Shown: positions 34,201-41,161 of the stretch, in pieces
Layout: each line of letters starts with the position of its first letter
How positions within the stretch are numbered: the first letter of the stretch is position 1
Assembly (NCBI GenBank): GCA_027622665.1
Contig: JAQBYT010000001.1
Location: 384,001-448,000, forward strand
DNA: 64,000 nt
Direction of reading: 5' to 3'
From: Verrucomicrobiota bacterium
GTDB lineage: Bacteria; Verrucomicrobiota; Verrucomicrobiia; Opitutales; Seribacteraceae
Notes under the pieces: model-generated
Told to the model about the DNA's origin: nothing
Database searches by the model: none
Seen by the model: the letters and a program-made list of their open reading frames with translations, nothing else
Program-made: the position numbers and the translations under genes

Positions 34201-37151
34201 TTTTCTTACAGGCGACGGTTACGGACGCCGAGAGTCCCAACACCAGTTTGGGTATTCAACAAGTTCTCTTTCTTGTGAATGGAGTTGAACAAAATGCCTC
34301 AGATTTACTTCCACCTTATTTTACCTTCTGGACTCCAACTCAACCGGGAATTTATGAAGTGGCGGCTTTTGCTAAAGATGACGATGGGAATGTCGCTTTT
34401 TCTAATATAGAGGAGGTTGTCGTATTCGCGGAAACCAGCGAGGTTTTAGCCTTCACTTCTTTAGGGCGCGTTCTTTCCGGAGGAGCAAAGAAGATTGTGA
34501 TCATCCCGAGTGGTGGTGGTGGTGGTAGTGGTGGTGGTGGTGGCAGTGGTGGCAGACGATCAGCCAACGGCGAAACGAAGATAGTGGGATTGAGCTCGAA
34601 GTTTCTTTCCGAACTTGTGCCGGGTCAGAAAATACGTTTTGTCAGCGGTTTGAAGGCCAGCGACATCTACACTGTGGCTCAGGTCGTTAATGATGCTGAA
34701 TTGGACATTCTGGAAACATTGAGCGATGCCGATTTCATTCTGCTGTCCAATCAATCCGATGTTCATGTAGTCGAAATTTATCGCGCCGGATCTTGGGTGT
34801 TTCTTGCCGTTGATCAAGACATGAACACAGCAAATATTGCCAATGTTAGATTTTACGTTGATGGAACTCTTGTGGCAACTGATACGACTTGGCCTTTTAG
34901 CTCTGGCTTTATTCCCGCGGATGATGGGAATTATTCAATTCGCGCGCTTTCTACAGATCGAAACGGAATTGAAAAGTTGGTAGAAAAACGAATTGAGGTG
35001 TTGCCTCAAGTCGGTGAATTGCCCGATGGAGCAAGGGCACTCTATCCGCAACTGGCTAGAAGGGGAGCGACTACTCGTGGTTCTAAACTTATTGCGGTTC
35101 CCGAAATAGTGGATTTGGACGACGGCTTAAACCGAGTGGAATTTTATCTTAACGGGAAATTTTATCACTTAGATGATAAAGAACCTTACTACTGCATTTT
35201 TTCTCCCGACTCCAGTACCTCTCTTTTCGAGACGGATCGTTTTTGGGAACTCACGATGGTGGCTGTCGACAACAGCGACAATAGAATATCGTTGACCGAA
35301 AGCGGTACTGTTCAAGGATCTGTGACACTGCCCCAGGCAGTCATGATCAGTCCTCTTCCGGAAACCGAATACACTGTTGGTCAACTCATGAACATTACGG
35401 TGCAGGTCCAAGGCGTAAACCTGCCTCGCGTAGTGGGGCCGAGCGCCGCCGCCGGAAACAATCCAAACGCAGCGCAACAAAAGCGACTGATGGCAATTTT
35501 TGCCAATGGTCAAGAAATCGGTTTGGCTAACGAAACTTCATTTGGTACGGGTCGCTTTACCTTTGACTGGAGCACGAAACAAGAAGTCGCGGGCAGCGAT
35601 GGCAAGGTAGATCTTTTTGGAGCTGTAGTCATGCAAAATGAAACTGTCGATGGTTTGATCTACACGCCTTCGATTGTTTCTGCTCCGGTAACGATTACAC
35701 TTAACAAAAGAAATCCTTTTGGAGACATGAAGTCAGCCGTAAGCCAGTTTTACAAAGATTTACTGTTATACGAACCTTCCGAACAAGAGGTGAAACAATC
35801 TTTAGATTATATTGGTAGTGGAGCTGATGGGGAATATGTTTTTGACGACACAGTGTTTTTGGAGTGGGCCTCAACTCTTTCCCAAAAACAAGCCTTCCAG
35901 GACCTTACGAATGCCGTGGGAGGTCACTACATCACTATGGGTTATTGGCCATCCAAAAACTCCATGGACGATGCCCTGCAAACTTATTCTGCCATTCCGA
36001 ATTACGGAAGAGATGGTAGTGGCGATGCAGATGGAGATGGCTATTCAGCGAATCAAGAAGCGATCTGGAGTACAAGCGATACGAACGTTACCAGTTTTCC
36101 CGAAAAGGGCTTTCGTTTTGGGTCCTATCTGGACACGACCTTTTACTCTCTTCCTTTTCTCCGTGCCCATGATCCGATAGGACCCTTTGACGGCTATGAT
36201 GAAGCAGAGAACGAGTTGAATCGCCGTGAGTTCGTTACGTTTTTATACGAAAAGAAGCACGATATCCCGCCAACGCTTCAACAGAAAATTCAAGGATCAT
36301 TCAGAATTCAAAGCCTTGACCCTATGACGGCGTGGAAAGTTAGGGAAGAGGAGAGGCAACGACAAGAACAGATTCAACAAATGCTGCAGCAACAATACTT
36401 GAATCAACAAGGGGGAGGAAATAATAACAACAACAGAAACAACAACAACAACACACCACAAGCCCCCATCACGCAACCGGAGCCCCCACCCGCCATACTG
36501 TACGGGAATAACGATGGTGCGATAAATTTTACCATGCACATGGTTTATGAGGAACCGATTACCAGTGGGAAGGCGAAGTTCGATTTGCTCTGGAATGCTC
36601 CGAAAAAACGATATGAATTTCAAACTGCCGCAGCAATGTTGGCACTTTGGCAGGACAATTTAGTGGACTTGGATCAGGCGGAAATCAATAAATATTCCAG
36701 CATGCCGATGGCTTCCCAAATACAAGCCATGATGAAGGACTATCGATATCGGTCCCGATTTGCCGGTATGTCGATTTCTAAAGAAGCCGAGGAGGTAGCT
36801 TCAAATGCACCTGATTGGAAATATCTGCCATGGCTTGGTTATTATACCGATCGTAGTTTCCCTTGGATCTATCACATCGGCGACGAAAAGAGCACGAATG
36901 GATTGGGCTGGGTTTACGTTCAGGCACCCACCTCGAAAGAGGCATGGTTTTATATTTCAGGTATTGGTTGGATGTGGTCGTCAGAATCCATATGGAAGAG
37001 CTTGTCCACGTACAAGCCAACGGCAAATGAGACATGGTCACTGTTGCCTCTTTACGATTCCAGTGCCGGAAATTGGGTGGCGTATGTTCTTGGCTCTTCC
37101 TCCGGTCGCCTGTTTTACGATTACGCGCAGCAGAAGTTCATCGAAAGATGA
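25197..37151 (+). CDS. Giant (3984 aa) secreted surface protein: CARDB-like, TolB/PD40 beta-propeller, GxGY repeats, many bacterial Ig-like (Big) domains, helical region, Q/N-rich linker, Trp-rich C-terminal module
   Basis: Signal peptide; PSLSADGKFLAFHSSASNLVPGDTNDHTDVF (PD40); repeated ASDPDGxVxxVQFYVNG...RDNSGN (Big); ATGA overlap with upstream stop. Confidence 0.85.
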   Translation: MKRMNGKCQIAFMARLTLLCLAFFVSHRTLRGQVLVPDLRIDSDDFIEVFVGGTFDVTFRIFNDGTEEIFAGESITWAVEVNGPDGQAVPSLSRTGQILTGLPMNQSTPDETVSLRMPWAQAAQWSNNARWTIATSVVTPRDVNGTNNRDTSTFSLVIPDVTLNNLVGPVAARPGRNVSVSGTVANVGRVQTQPNVYFRVEARLLQNGTEVDKQSIVLPNQSALSPFPFDSGDTIDFTINELFIPIDGNGTYDVIVNLDAGSPDILIEHTENNNQATVQFDVSSSASIQVVDGSFFSDTGTFQGMAPAHFRFAVRNVGTGPVGVGDAFQATIALSRDQSGIDADDFILREFDLGGSGLGLGLRPNETVTLDWIQRLPDSFEGDFYIVANLDGQTFVSQPTPSITLRSNNSGDTISVSEGKNSWSSRPSYDQTGRYVAFESSVGGIVNIFLLDTISNQETQVTRSFNNAAADGSSFAPSLSADGKFLAFHSSASNLVPGDTNDHTDVFLFDREANGIFRLSTSVDVGSPDGGSYYPSVNGDGSVVAFESLASDLSATPQSFSGSNIFVWDSNGTTLNKLSPITAAGDFASLDADISEDGNRVVFTSYATNFNLSNLSSSDNNEYSDIFLWERNTSKMYLASVTSGQARTTGGASSESVISGDGKVIAYRSSAKNLVTEKGISTIEIKDAGVGYTRTPSIAITDASGLGSGATAEAHINTYGEIIRVSVLLPGKLYKEPRVTVVPDPADVGPSRLAILEARLTHPEGDVYRVPAQSLIDGQPEISRASESVLSVGGDKGSREPTLNYDGSLLAYSTQASNLLVDKLEREDRRVFPNATFRMARARAVIGGPIGEIEVQNSGEGYQDGQLRIEDLSGSGSGALALYHVDNYGRIADISIFNSGNNYDYSQTMISIDNPRAGTGFQLKDIRHQVTSGIGNNRSGGGTILRLEMDDNGLGYTKEQILMQGAGIIIDGDGADLDNDGKPDAKVNPDRIHLGDNGEVFLEQQIRLVVQSTVGLHGATLTVTDHLKTEKLTFDAFSAIVVGNEIGISGQSVVGIRDAIADALEGLWPTDSNASLYEGLQIDEPTLGADFLVVKALGGRAISGNPSSLTATMLSNMLVGGTGFTRATPIIAPDPVVFGFSEINTNISSGIMSNGRPALLVNKDQFTDDIYLYDHSNSLNERITTSKFGLPVNYRTNATTTMPSNRFPSITGNGRFISYSSDVQGAGGLLFGATNQTPSDNNGFRDVYVHDRKTEAMKTPSNEKSSSGSLSMLYPNPSIDHSFPSNAFVPVIVETEIDRGFVSRVDLIVNGSMVKSMDEHLSNLHSGRFFTRWDANVSGIHSIAVAAYDNNGILIAETQPVEVSVGNFSGSLPPSVSLSAIPYDSITSTSTIPLQASGADSDGDFKGIQFYVEGQPYGNEILRFPTQNPEAYIYSTTWKPATHGVYSIFAIGRDNSGNYVASDILNIASTTGSTPPLVNFTKPYEPIDYKGSTLSIASGSITDITLGHAAVGGGYFNTPRISLFGSGSGARAEAILDLNQSSDNYGRITGITVLDGGSGYETASSSFSVTPVVKTIRVGRTARINNRTIITRNDLGIITNIQTELTLGDGGDGYVVPPNLFLSNGEVRRLPIVPVVVGASTGGVDPAEAGLPQILPGIVTGSVVGGFAYSPLNLEVNASDPDGFVRQVDFVVDGVVVASDRVAPFNLEWTPGDAKEYQISALAKDDNGNIGSSETVVVSIEEGIGFMPILSFDDNRTNSIPLGSEHILTVRALDDESITNVEFFKNGRSIGFADKQGASDYYSQVVSFANDEEGDAVFSAVTRDTGGNQVGTFSRAIAFRLHKTYRLLPAKGATPPTAQILGPLSPVKWLTDGERRSKRQRRAATVFPTNPTFSLGAAIPIVVQATAATGASIAEIQFFGNGVPLPSAGGTSSVINQGTTLHNEGRYVFDWVPNRTGTYIIEIIAIDNFGNQRVSSLLNPITIIDTFGSQSPGVTLMSPQALPVESYTSTSSLRFMANAADTDGDLVGLQFFVDGMPYGDPILRGDTLNPSKYPYSIDWSPGSAGVFTVSAVCWDNSGNYISSGSASITTTTGSTPPTISVTKPSKNLELDTVDINATGSITGLSIKTNDSVFTNNPVVSFAGSGTGAAAEVVLNQDGTISHVSMTSSGTDYAAPQIRIRPSLKSVTQGIPAIAETNLLNVLFLAGTGGVHPQTGEALTGGQVWSAPVTYKGKGYRSPPRIVFLGPATRPAEAITTLAGIDATGGLAGDAIIMRTVGSGYTAPPVVDIRGGFGVNSVLLEAHASSGGSNLLTEVQFFADGLSQGGPVAIPPYIGEWSPGEAGIHQIWAVARDDKGNETVSPVLEVDVTYVDPPEIKFLSHWNSLENSHEYARDNTIHLTAFADVPEGFIRDVVFRIDNGNEIQANMTGNRLWSAEYVADSVGMHKVEALATDVNMIETLVDSPSYLKVTAANGSLSPEVSITYPEANESITSTSQILLSAQASDPDGRVEGVQFYVNGANGWIISNANPSAGDAINVVYDDFNGTWTFGENISIGSTSEESLSNLHAAISVAPDTQFDLRLETDNLAFCFKDTSKASITVTAGTSLLAKELKESLRPTAIVSPVDFSYSSFWQPNKPGFFVIHSVVRDNSGNRVMSEPITITATTGGGVPPQVDLLIPAPTWSTNSTMDENGSLIVHPGQQLSVLAAVNSSVGIQQVDFYQDGVLIGTDANRTDGLYTAGFQLPATFSGTALSGLYATARDFNGNIGTSKIKTLSLRNEGSSLPPLISIVPLADPNATLTSTSTLRLYANASDPDGSVEGVQFYVNGANAWIQFLSNPLREDEVVLNDGKAPADVTLTFGENVTIGTTLKDSRNNLHLVLSEKITTLNLGLEVTRFDDHSLLLNFADTNSGSLTVNESVSLRAQMLKEVLRPSAVYHNTFPYVVDWTPGLSGTYVINGIVRDNSGNRTMSASSIVRSTTGKGSLPIVVLATLNDAHLINDSIFLQATVTDAESPNTSLGIQQVLFLVNGVEQNASDLLPPYFTFWTPTQPGIYEVAAFAKDDDGNVAFSNIEEVVVFAETSEVLAFTSLGRVLSGGAKKIVIIPSGGGGGSGGGGGSGGRRSANGETKIVGLSSKFLSELVPGQKIRFVSGLKASDIYTVAQVVNDAELDILETLSDADFILLSNQSDVHVVEIYRAGSWVFLAVDQDMNTANIANVRFYVDGTLVATDTTWPFSSGFIPADDGNYSIRALSTDRNGIEKLVEKRIEVLPQVGELPDGARALYPQLARRGATTRGSKLIAVPEIVDLDDGLNRVEFYLNGKFYHLDDKEPYYCIFSPDSSTSLFETDRFWELTMVAVDNSDNRISLTESGTVQGSVTLPQAVMISPLPETEYTVGQLMNITVQVQGVNLPRVVGPSAAAGNNPNAAQQKRLMAIFANGQEIGLANETSFGTGRFTFDWSTKQEVAGSDGKVDLFGAVVMQNETVDGLIYTPSIVSAPVTITLNKRNPFGDMKSAVSQFYKDLLLYEPSEQEVKQSLDYIGSGADGEYVFDDTVFLEWASTLSQKQAFQDLTNAVGGHYITMGYWPSKNSMDDALQTYSAIPNYGRDGSGDADGDGYSANQEAIWSTSDTNVTSFPEKGFRFGSYLDTTFYSLPFLRAHDPIGPFDGYDEAENELNRREFVTFLYEKKHDIPPTLQQKIQGSFRIQSLDPMTAWKVREEERQRQEQIQQMLQQQYLNQQGGGNNNNNRNNNNNTPQAPITQPEPPPAILYGNNDGAINFTMHMVYEEPITSGKAKFDLLWNAPKKRYEFQTAAAMLALWQDNLVDLDQAEINKYSSMPMASQIQAMMKDYRYRSRFAGMSISKEAEEVASNAPDWKYLPWLGYYTDRSFPWIYHIGDEKSTNGLGWVYVQAPTSKEAWFYISGIGWMWSSESIWKSLSTYKPTANETWSLLPLYDSSAGNWVAYVLGSSSGRLFYDYAQQKFIER
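34509..34553 (+). repeat. (GGT)n coding microsatellite encoding SGGGGGSGGGGGSGG linker
   Basis: agt ggt x5 agt ggt x4 ggc agt ggt ggc. Confidence 0.9.
36420..36452 (+). repeat. (AAC/AAT)n coding microsatellite, poly-Asn, next to a Gln-rich segment
   Basis: aataataacaacaacagaaacaacaacaacaac = NNNNNRNNNNN. Confidence 0.9.
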
Positions 37152-37173
37152 TCTGCAAGCTTTACGCAACAGC

Positions 37174-38307
37174 GTGAGGCTGCTCCATGTCGTTCATTCC
37201 TGCAATCCTTTGGCCGGAGGGGTAGCTGAAGCAGTTAACCGATTGGCGGAGGCCGCCATAGAGGCTGATCATGAAGCTGAAATTGCTAGCTGCGATCAGC
37301 CCTCTGCTTCTTTTCTCGAAGAACTAGACGTTCAAGCGAGAGGATTTGGTCCTGCATCGGATTCCAGTTACCACTCTTGTCCCGCCCTTGGCGGTTGGCT
37401 TATGGAAAACGCCGCCAGTTTTGATGCACTTGTATCCCATGGCTTGTGGCAGTACCCAAGTGTAACTGTTCGAAAGGCTGCTCGCAGTGCAGGCAAGCCG
37501 TACTTCGTCTATCCGCATGGAATGCTAGACCCTTGGTTCAAGCGCCAATATCCATGGAAACATATAAAAAAAAGTTTTTTTTGGTGGTACCGACAAGCCC
37601 GCATTTTGCGTGACGCCAAGGCAGTATGCTTTACCACCGATGAGGAGCGTCGATTGGCTCGTGGAACATTTCGCCCGTATAAGTGCAACGAGGTCGTAAC
37701 GGGCTTGGGTGTGGCCGAACCGCCTCCGGATGCAGATGCTCAAACACATGCTTTTAATGAGAAATTCCCATGCTTGCGAAACAAGAGAACCTTGCTTTTC
37801 CTTGGCCGTATCCATCGCAAGAAAGGAATCGACCTTCTTCTCCAAGCATTCGAAGAATTGTCGACGGCGGATGATCACCTTGTCGTAGCCGGACCAAAAG
37901 AAGATGGTTCTTTTGCGGAAGCACTTACCCGCGCATCAGGTAAATTCGCCGATCGAATCACTTGGGCGGGTATGATTCGAGGCGATCTAAAGTGGGGTGC
38001 CTTGCGAGTAGCCGATGCCCTGATTCTGCCTTCCCACCAGGAAAACTTCGGTATGGTTGTCGCCGAAGCTCTTGCCGTAGGAACTCCGGTGCTGATAACC
38101 GACAAAGTTAACCTTTGGAGAGAGGTGGAAGATGATCGAGCCGGAAAAATTTCCACAGACGATCTTTCGGGCATTCGATCCTTGATGCGGGAATGGAAGA
38201 ACCCTTCTTTTTATAAGCTTACTCCCAACGCACGACCCTGTTTCGAGAAGCGCTTTAAGATTGAATCTGCTGCAGTGAATTTAGCGAATTTAATCGAGGA
38301 CTTTTAG
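37174..38307 (+). CDS. Glycosyltransferase family 4 (GT-B)
   Basis: MRLLHVV..NPLAGGV, PHGMLDPW, LFLGRIHRKKGIDLL, PSHQENFGMVVAEALAVGTPV; GTG start at 37174. Confidence 0.92.
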   Translation: MRLLHVVHSCNPLAGGVAEAVNRLAEAAIEADHEAEIASCDQPSASFLEELDVQARGFGPASDSSYHSCPALGGWLMENAASFDALVSHGLWQYPSVTVRKAARSAGKPYFVYPHGMLDPWFKRQYPWKHIKKSFFWWYRQARILRDAKAVCFTTDEERRLARGTFRPYKCNEVVTGLGVAEPPPDADAQTHAFNEKFPCLRNKRTLLFLGRIHRKKGIDLLLQAFEELSTADDHLVVAGPKEDGSFAEALTRASGKFADRITWAGMIRGDLKWGALRVADALILPSHQENFGMVVAEALAVGTPVLITDKVNLWREVEDDRAGKISTDDLSGIRSLMREWKNPSFYKLTPNARPCFEKRFKIESAAVNLANLIEDF

Positions 38308-38335
38308 AAAAGGGCTTTCCATGCTCGGCACGGAG

Positions 38336-38896
38336 TCACTCTAGGTCGTCGCTCTCTCTACCTTCACCCATCTTGCCGTCTGGTCCCAGAGAAAAGAGTC
38401 GGAACCCCGCAAGGCCATCCTTCCGAGGAAATTGGTACATATAGTTGTTTCCCCATGGGTCGCAGAATGCAACGTCTTGGCTTAAGGCAAAGGAGATAAG
38501 AGCAATAGAATTTTCACTGTCCGACGGATCTATTCCTTCCAGTTCCGTTGCTTCCATATCCATCGGACCATAATAAAAGTTTGTTGGGTTAACCAACGAT
38601 GGTGAAGGAGGAATCTGTAGCCCATTTTCGTTGTGGTATCCCATAAGAGAAAGAAACAAGCATTCGCCAGTCGAACAAATTTTTGCGGGGCAATTCGGAA
38701 AGTCCCCCCGTTCCGCCTTAAATTCCTCGATAGCCATACGTAGAACTGTCAATTCGGATTTTGCATTTTTCTCGTCAATTGAATCGAGTACATAACTCGT
38801 AATGGGGAATGCTATACTCATGAGAATTCCAATAAGTGCAATGACTGAGAATAACTCCAGCAAGGTGAACCCCTTTTCTTTTTTATCCATCCTCAA
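38336..38896 (-). CDS. Type II secretion pseudopilin / type IV pilin-like protein (GspG-like)
   Basis: Prepilin site KG|FTLLEL plus hydrophobic helix; C-terminal DPWGNNYMY...LFSLGPDGK. Confidence 0.85.
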   Translation of the reverse strand: MRMDKKEKGFTLLELFSVIALIGILMSIAFPITSYVLDSIDEKNAKSELTVLRMAIEEFKAERGDFPNCPAKICSTGECLFLSLMGYHNENGLQIPPSPSLVNPTNFYYGPMDMEATELEGIDPSDSENSIALISFALSQDVAFCDPWGNNYMYQFPRKDGLAGFRLFSLGPDGKMGEGRESDDLE

Positions 38897-38961
38897 GTCG
38901 AAAGAATCATGTTATTTCCATACCACCTTGACTTTGTTTCCGAAAGCTGAAAAATAATTTC

Positions 38962-39219
38962 ATGAAACTAATGTTGCGACTAACCTTTTGCGTACTATCC
39001 CTTTTCTTTTTTAGCTGTATAGAGGAAGGCAGTTCCGAAGATAAGAGTGTTCCTGAAGTGAACCCTAAAGGGAAAAAGTTTTTGGTGAAAGCAAAACAGT
39101 ATTCGCGGGAAGATTTTCTTGCACACAAATCTGCAGATAAAGCGGCTAAAGGAAATGCGAGCGGTGGTTCCTCTACAGTCAGTACCGGGACTAACATGCC
39201 TACGAATCCCCCTGAGTGA
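38962..39219 (+). CDS. Small putative lipoprotein
   Basis: MKLMLRLTFCVLSLFFFSC lipobox-like signal. Confidence 0.5.
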   Translation: MKLMLRLTFCVLSLFFFSCIEEGSSEDKSVPEVNPKGKKFLVKAKQYSREDFLAHKSADKAAKGNASGGSSTVSTGTNMPTNPPE

Positions 39220-39371
39220 TGCTATTAAATCACCCTACTTTAGTGCCAAAAAACTAGATCTCAGGAAAATTTACCTTCTTTTTTGTTTTTGCAATAATTT
39301 CTTAATACCTTTTCACATGCCGGTATTCATTCGGCTAAAAATTATATTTTAGTTGGTCCAATTGAACCAAG

Positions 39372-40499
39372 GTGAAAATAACTCTTCTTCAGGGTGCATT
39401 TTTGCCTATTCCTCCTCTACGAGGCGGAGCTATTGAGAAGGCGTGGTTTAGGCTGGGTAAGTCTTTTGCCCGAGAGGGTCATGAAGTAACTCATGTTTCT
39501 CGCTTGTGTGATGGCTTGCCTATAAATGAGGCTATTGAAGGCGTAAACCATGTGAGGATTCGAGGATTCGAGGCGACGTGCTCGTCCTTTTTGCTCAAAT
39601 GGAGAGATTTCCGTTATGTTTTACGGGCTCGAAGAGCCTTGCCGCCTGCCGACATTCTTGTAACGAATGCATTCTGGGCACCTCTCTTGGTTCGGGATTC
39701 ATCCCTTGGGGCTCAGTACGTCCATGTGGGGCGATACCCAAAAGGGCAAATGAAACTTTATGGGAGGGCGAAGCGCCTGCAGGCACCCTCGGAAGCAATC
39801 GCTGCGGCGATTCAATGCGAGGTTCCTTCGAAGGCGGATATAGTGAAGACAATACCGTATCCGCTTTCATGGGATTTGGTAGAACCTGTCCCGACACGCT
39901 CAAGTCGAGAGCAAACGATTCTCTACCTGGGTCGAATTCATCCCGAGAAGGGTTTGTGCGAATTGGTGAAGGCCTTTGCTGGTTTACCCGAAGAGCTACG
40001 GCGGCAATGGCGACTTGATGTTCGTGGACCCTGGAAAGCGAGTGAGGGTGGGGGAGGGAGAGATTTTTTGGAAAACCTAAAAAATTTGGTTGGGCCGGCA
40101 AAAGAAGCAATTCGCTTTCTGGACCCGGTTTTCGATGACGTTAAATTGCGTGAGGAGTTAGGTCGCGCCAGTTTGTTTATCTACCCTTCGATGGCTGAGC
40201 GAGGAGAGACGTTCGGTTTGGCGGCTCTCGAGGCAATGAGTTGCGGATGCCCCCCCTTGGTCTCCGGATTGGACTGCTTCCGAGACTTTGTTCAGGATGG
40301 CAGCACGGGATTCGTTTTCGATCATCGAGGAGGTGATGCCGTTGCTAACCTGAGCGCCAAAATGATCGAAGTCCTAAGTAAGCCCGAAAGGCTATCCCTC
40401 ATAGGAAACGCTGCCTATGGGCAGGCGCAAAACTTTACATTGGATAGGGTCTCAAAACGGTTTCTGGACGATTTTTCGAGCATTCTTCCTGCTTCTTAA
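39372..40499 (+). CDS. Glycosyltransferase family 4 (GT-B)
   Basis: PIPPLRGGAIE, ILYLGRIHPEKG, YPSMAERGETFGLAALEAMSCGCP. Confidence 0.92.
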   Translation: MKITLLQGAFLPIPPLRGGAIEKAWFRLGKSFAREGHEVTHVSRLCDGLPINEAIEGVNHVRIRGFEATCSSFLLKWRDFRYVLRARRALPPADILVTNAFWAPLLVRDSSLGAQYVHVGRYPKGQMKLYGRAKRLQAPSEAIAAAIQCEVPSKADIVKTIPYPLSWDLVEPVPTRSSREQTILYLGRIHPEKGLCELVKAFAGLPEELRRQWRLDVRGPWKASEGGGGRDFLENLKNLVGPAKEAIRFLDPVFDDVKLREELGRASLFIYPSMAERGETFGLAALEAMSCGCPPLVSGLDCFRDFVQDGSTGFVFDHRGGDAVANLSAKMIEVLSKPERLSLIGNAAYGQAQNFTLDRVSKRFLDDFSSILPAS

Positions 40500-40576
40500 T
40501 ATTGTGTTTGGCCAGTAAACCGCTTGCACTCCACGCAACCTCGCCTTTGTTTTGATTTTTCTATAAACAATATAAA

Positions 40577-41125
40577 ATGCTCATGAACTTAAAATGCCGC
40601 TATCTTTCCATCATTGCCATAACGGTTAGTCTTGCCCTGCTGCCCGGGGTATCTACTGCCAAGTCCAAGGGCGAAAAGGCATCAAAAGTTTTTTTGCCCG
40701 ATGAGTTGTTGGATGCTGCGGGGAAAGCCGTTTCCGGGGACACTCTATCCGGAAAGTACGTGGGACTATATTTTTCCGCCAGTTGGTGCCCGCCTTGCCG
40801 AACCTTTACTCCAAAACTTGTGGAATTCCACAAAGCCAACAAGGAAAAGTTCGAAGTGCTGCTCGTGAGCGCGGATAATTCCGAGAAGGCCCAAGCCAAC
40901 TATATGAAGAAGTATATGATGCCTTGGCTAGCGGTAAAGCATCAGTCAATAGCTGCAAATTTACTAGTTAAGAAGATGGAAGTCAGCGGTATTCCCTTCC
41001 TTGTGATTTTGGGCCCTGACGGCTCTGTTGTGACCAAGGATGGTCGAGACGATGTAAATAGTATGGGCAACAAAGCTTTATTAAAATGGAAGAGCACCCA
41101 AGACGAGAAGCTTGGCCTGAAGTAG
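40577..41125 (+). CDS. Exported nucleoredoxin/tryparedoxin-like thioredoxin
   Basis: Signal peptide; GKYVGLYFSASWCPPCRTFTPKL. Confidence 0.88.
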   Translation: MLMNLKCRYLSIIAITVSLALLPGVSTAKSKGEKASKVFLPDELLDAAGKAVSGDTLSGKYVGLYFSASWCPPCRTFTPKLVEFHKANKEKFEVLLVSADNSEKAQANYMKKYMMPWLAVKHQSIAANLLVKKMEVSGIPFLVILGPDGSVVTKDGRDDVNSMGNKALLKWKSTQDEKLGLK

Positions 41126-41161
41126 CTGGGCGAACAAAGGTTCGCAAGAGTTAGAAAGGCA

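Noticed and set aside
34509..34553. Synthetic (G4S)n linker suggesting engineered sequence
   Set aside because: G5S from a GGT microsatellite in a natural context; no vector or tag sequence nearby
11827..37151. Prophage or contractile injection system, suggested by phage-like repeats
   Set aside because: No capsid, sheath, tube, terminase or integrase genes; the proteins have export signals and adhesin domains
36805..37173. 123-aa N-terminal extension of the GT4 ORF overlapping the giant gene
   Set aside because: GT-B fold begins at GTG 37174 (MRLLHVV); the extension is open-frame run-through of the upstream gene's other frame
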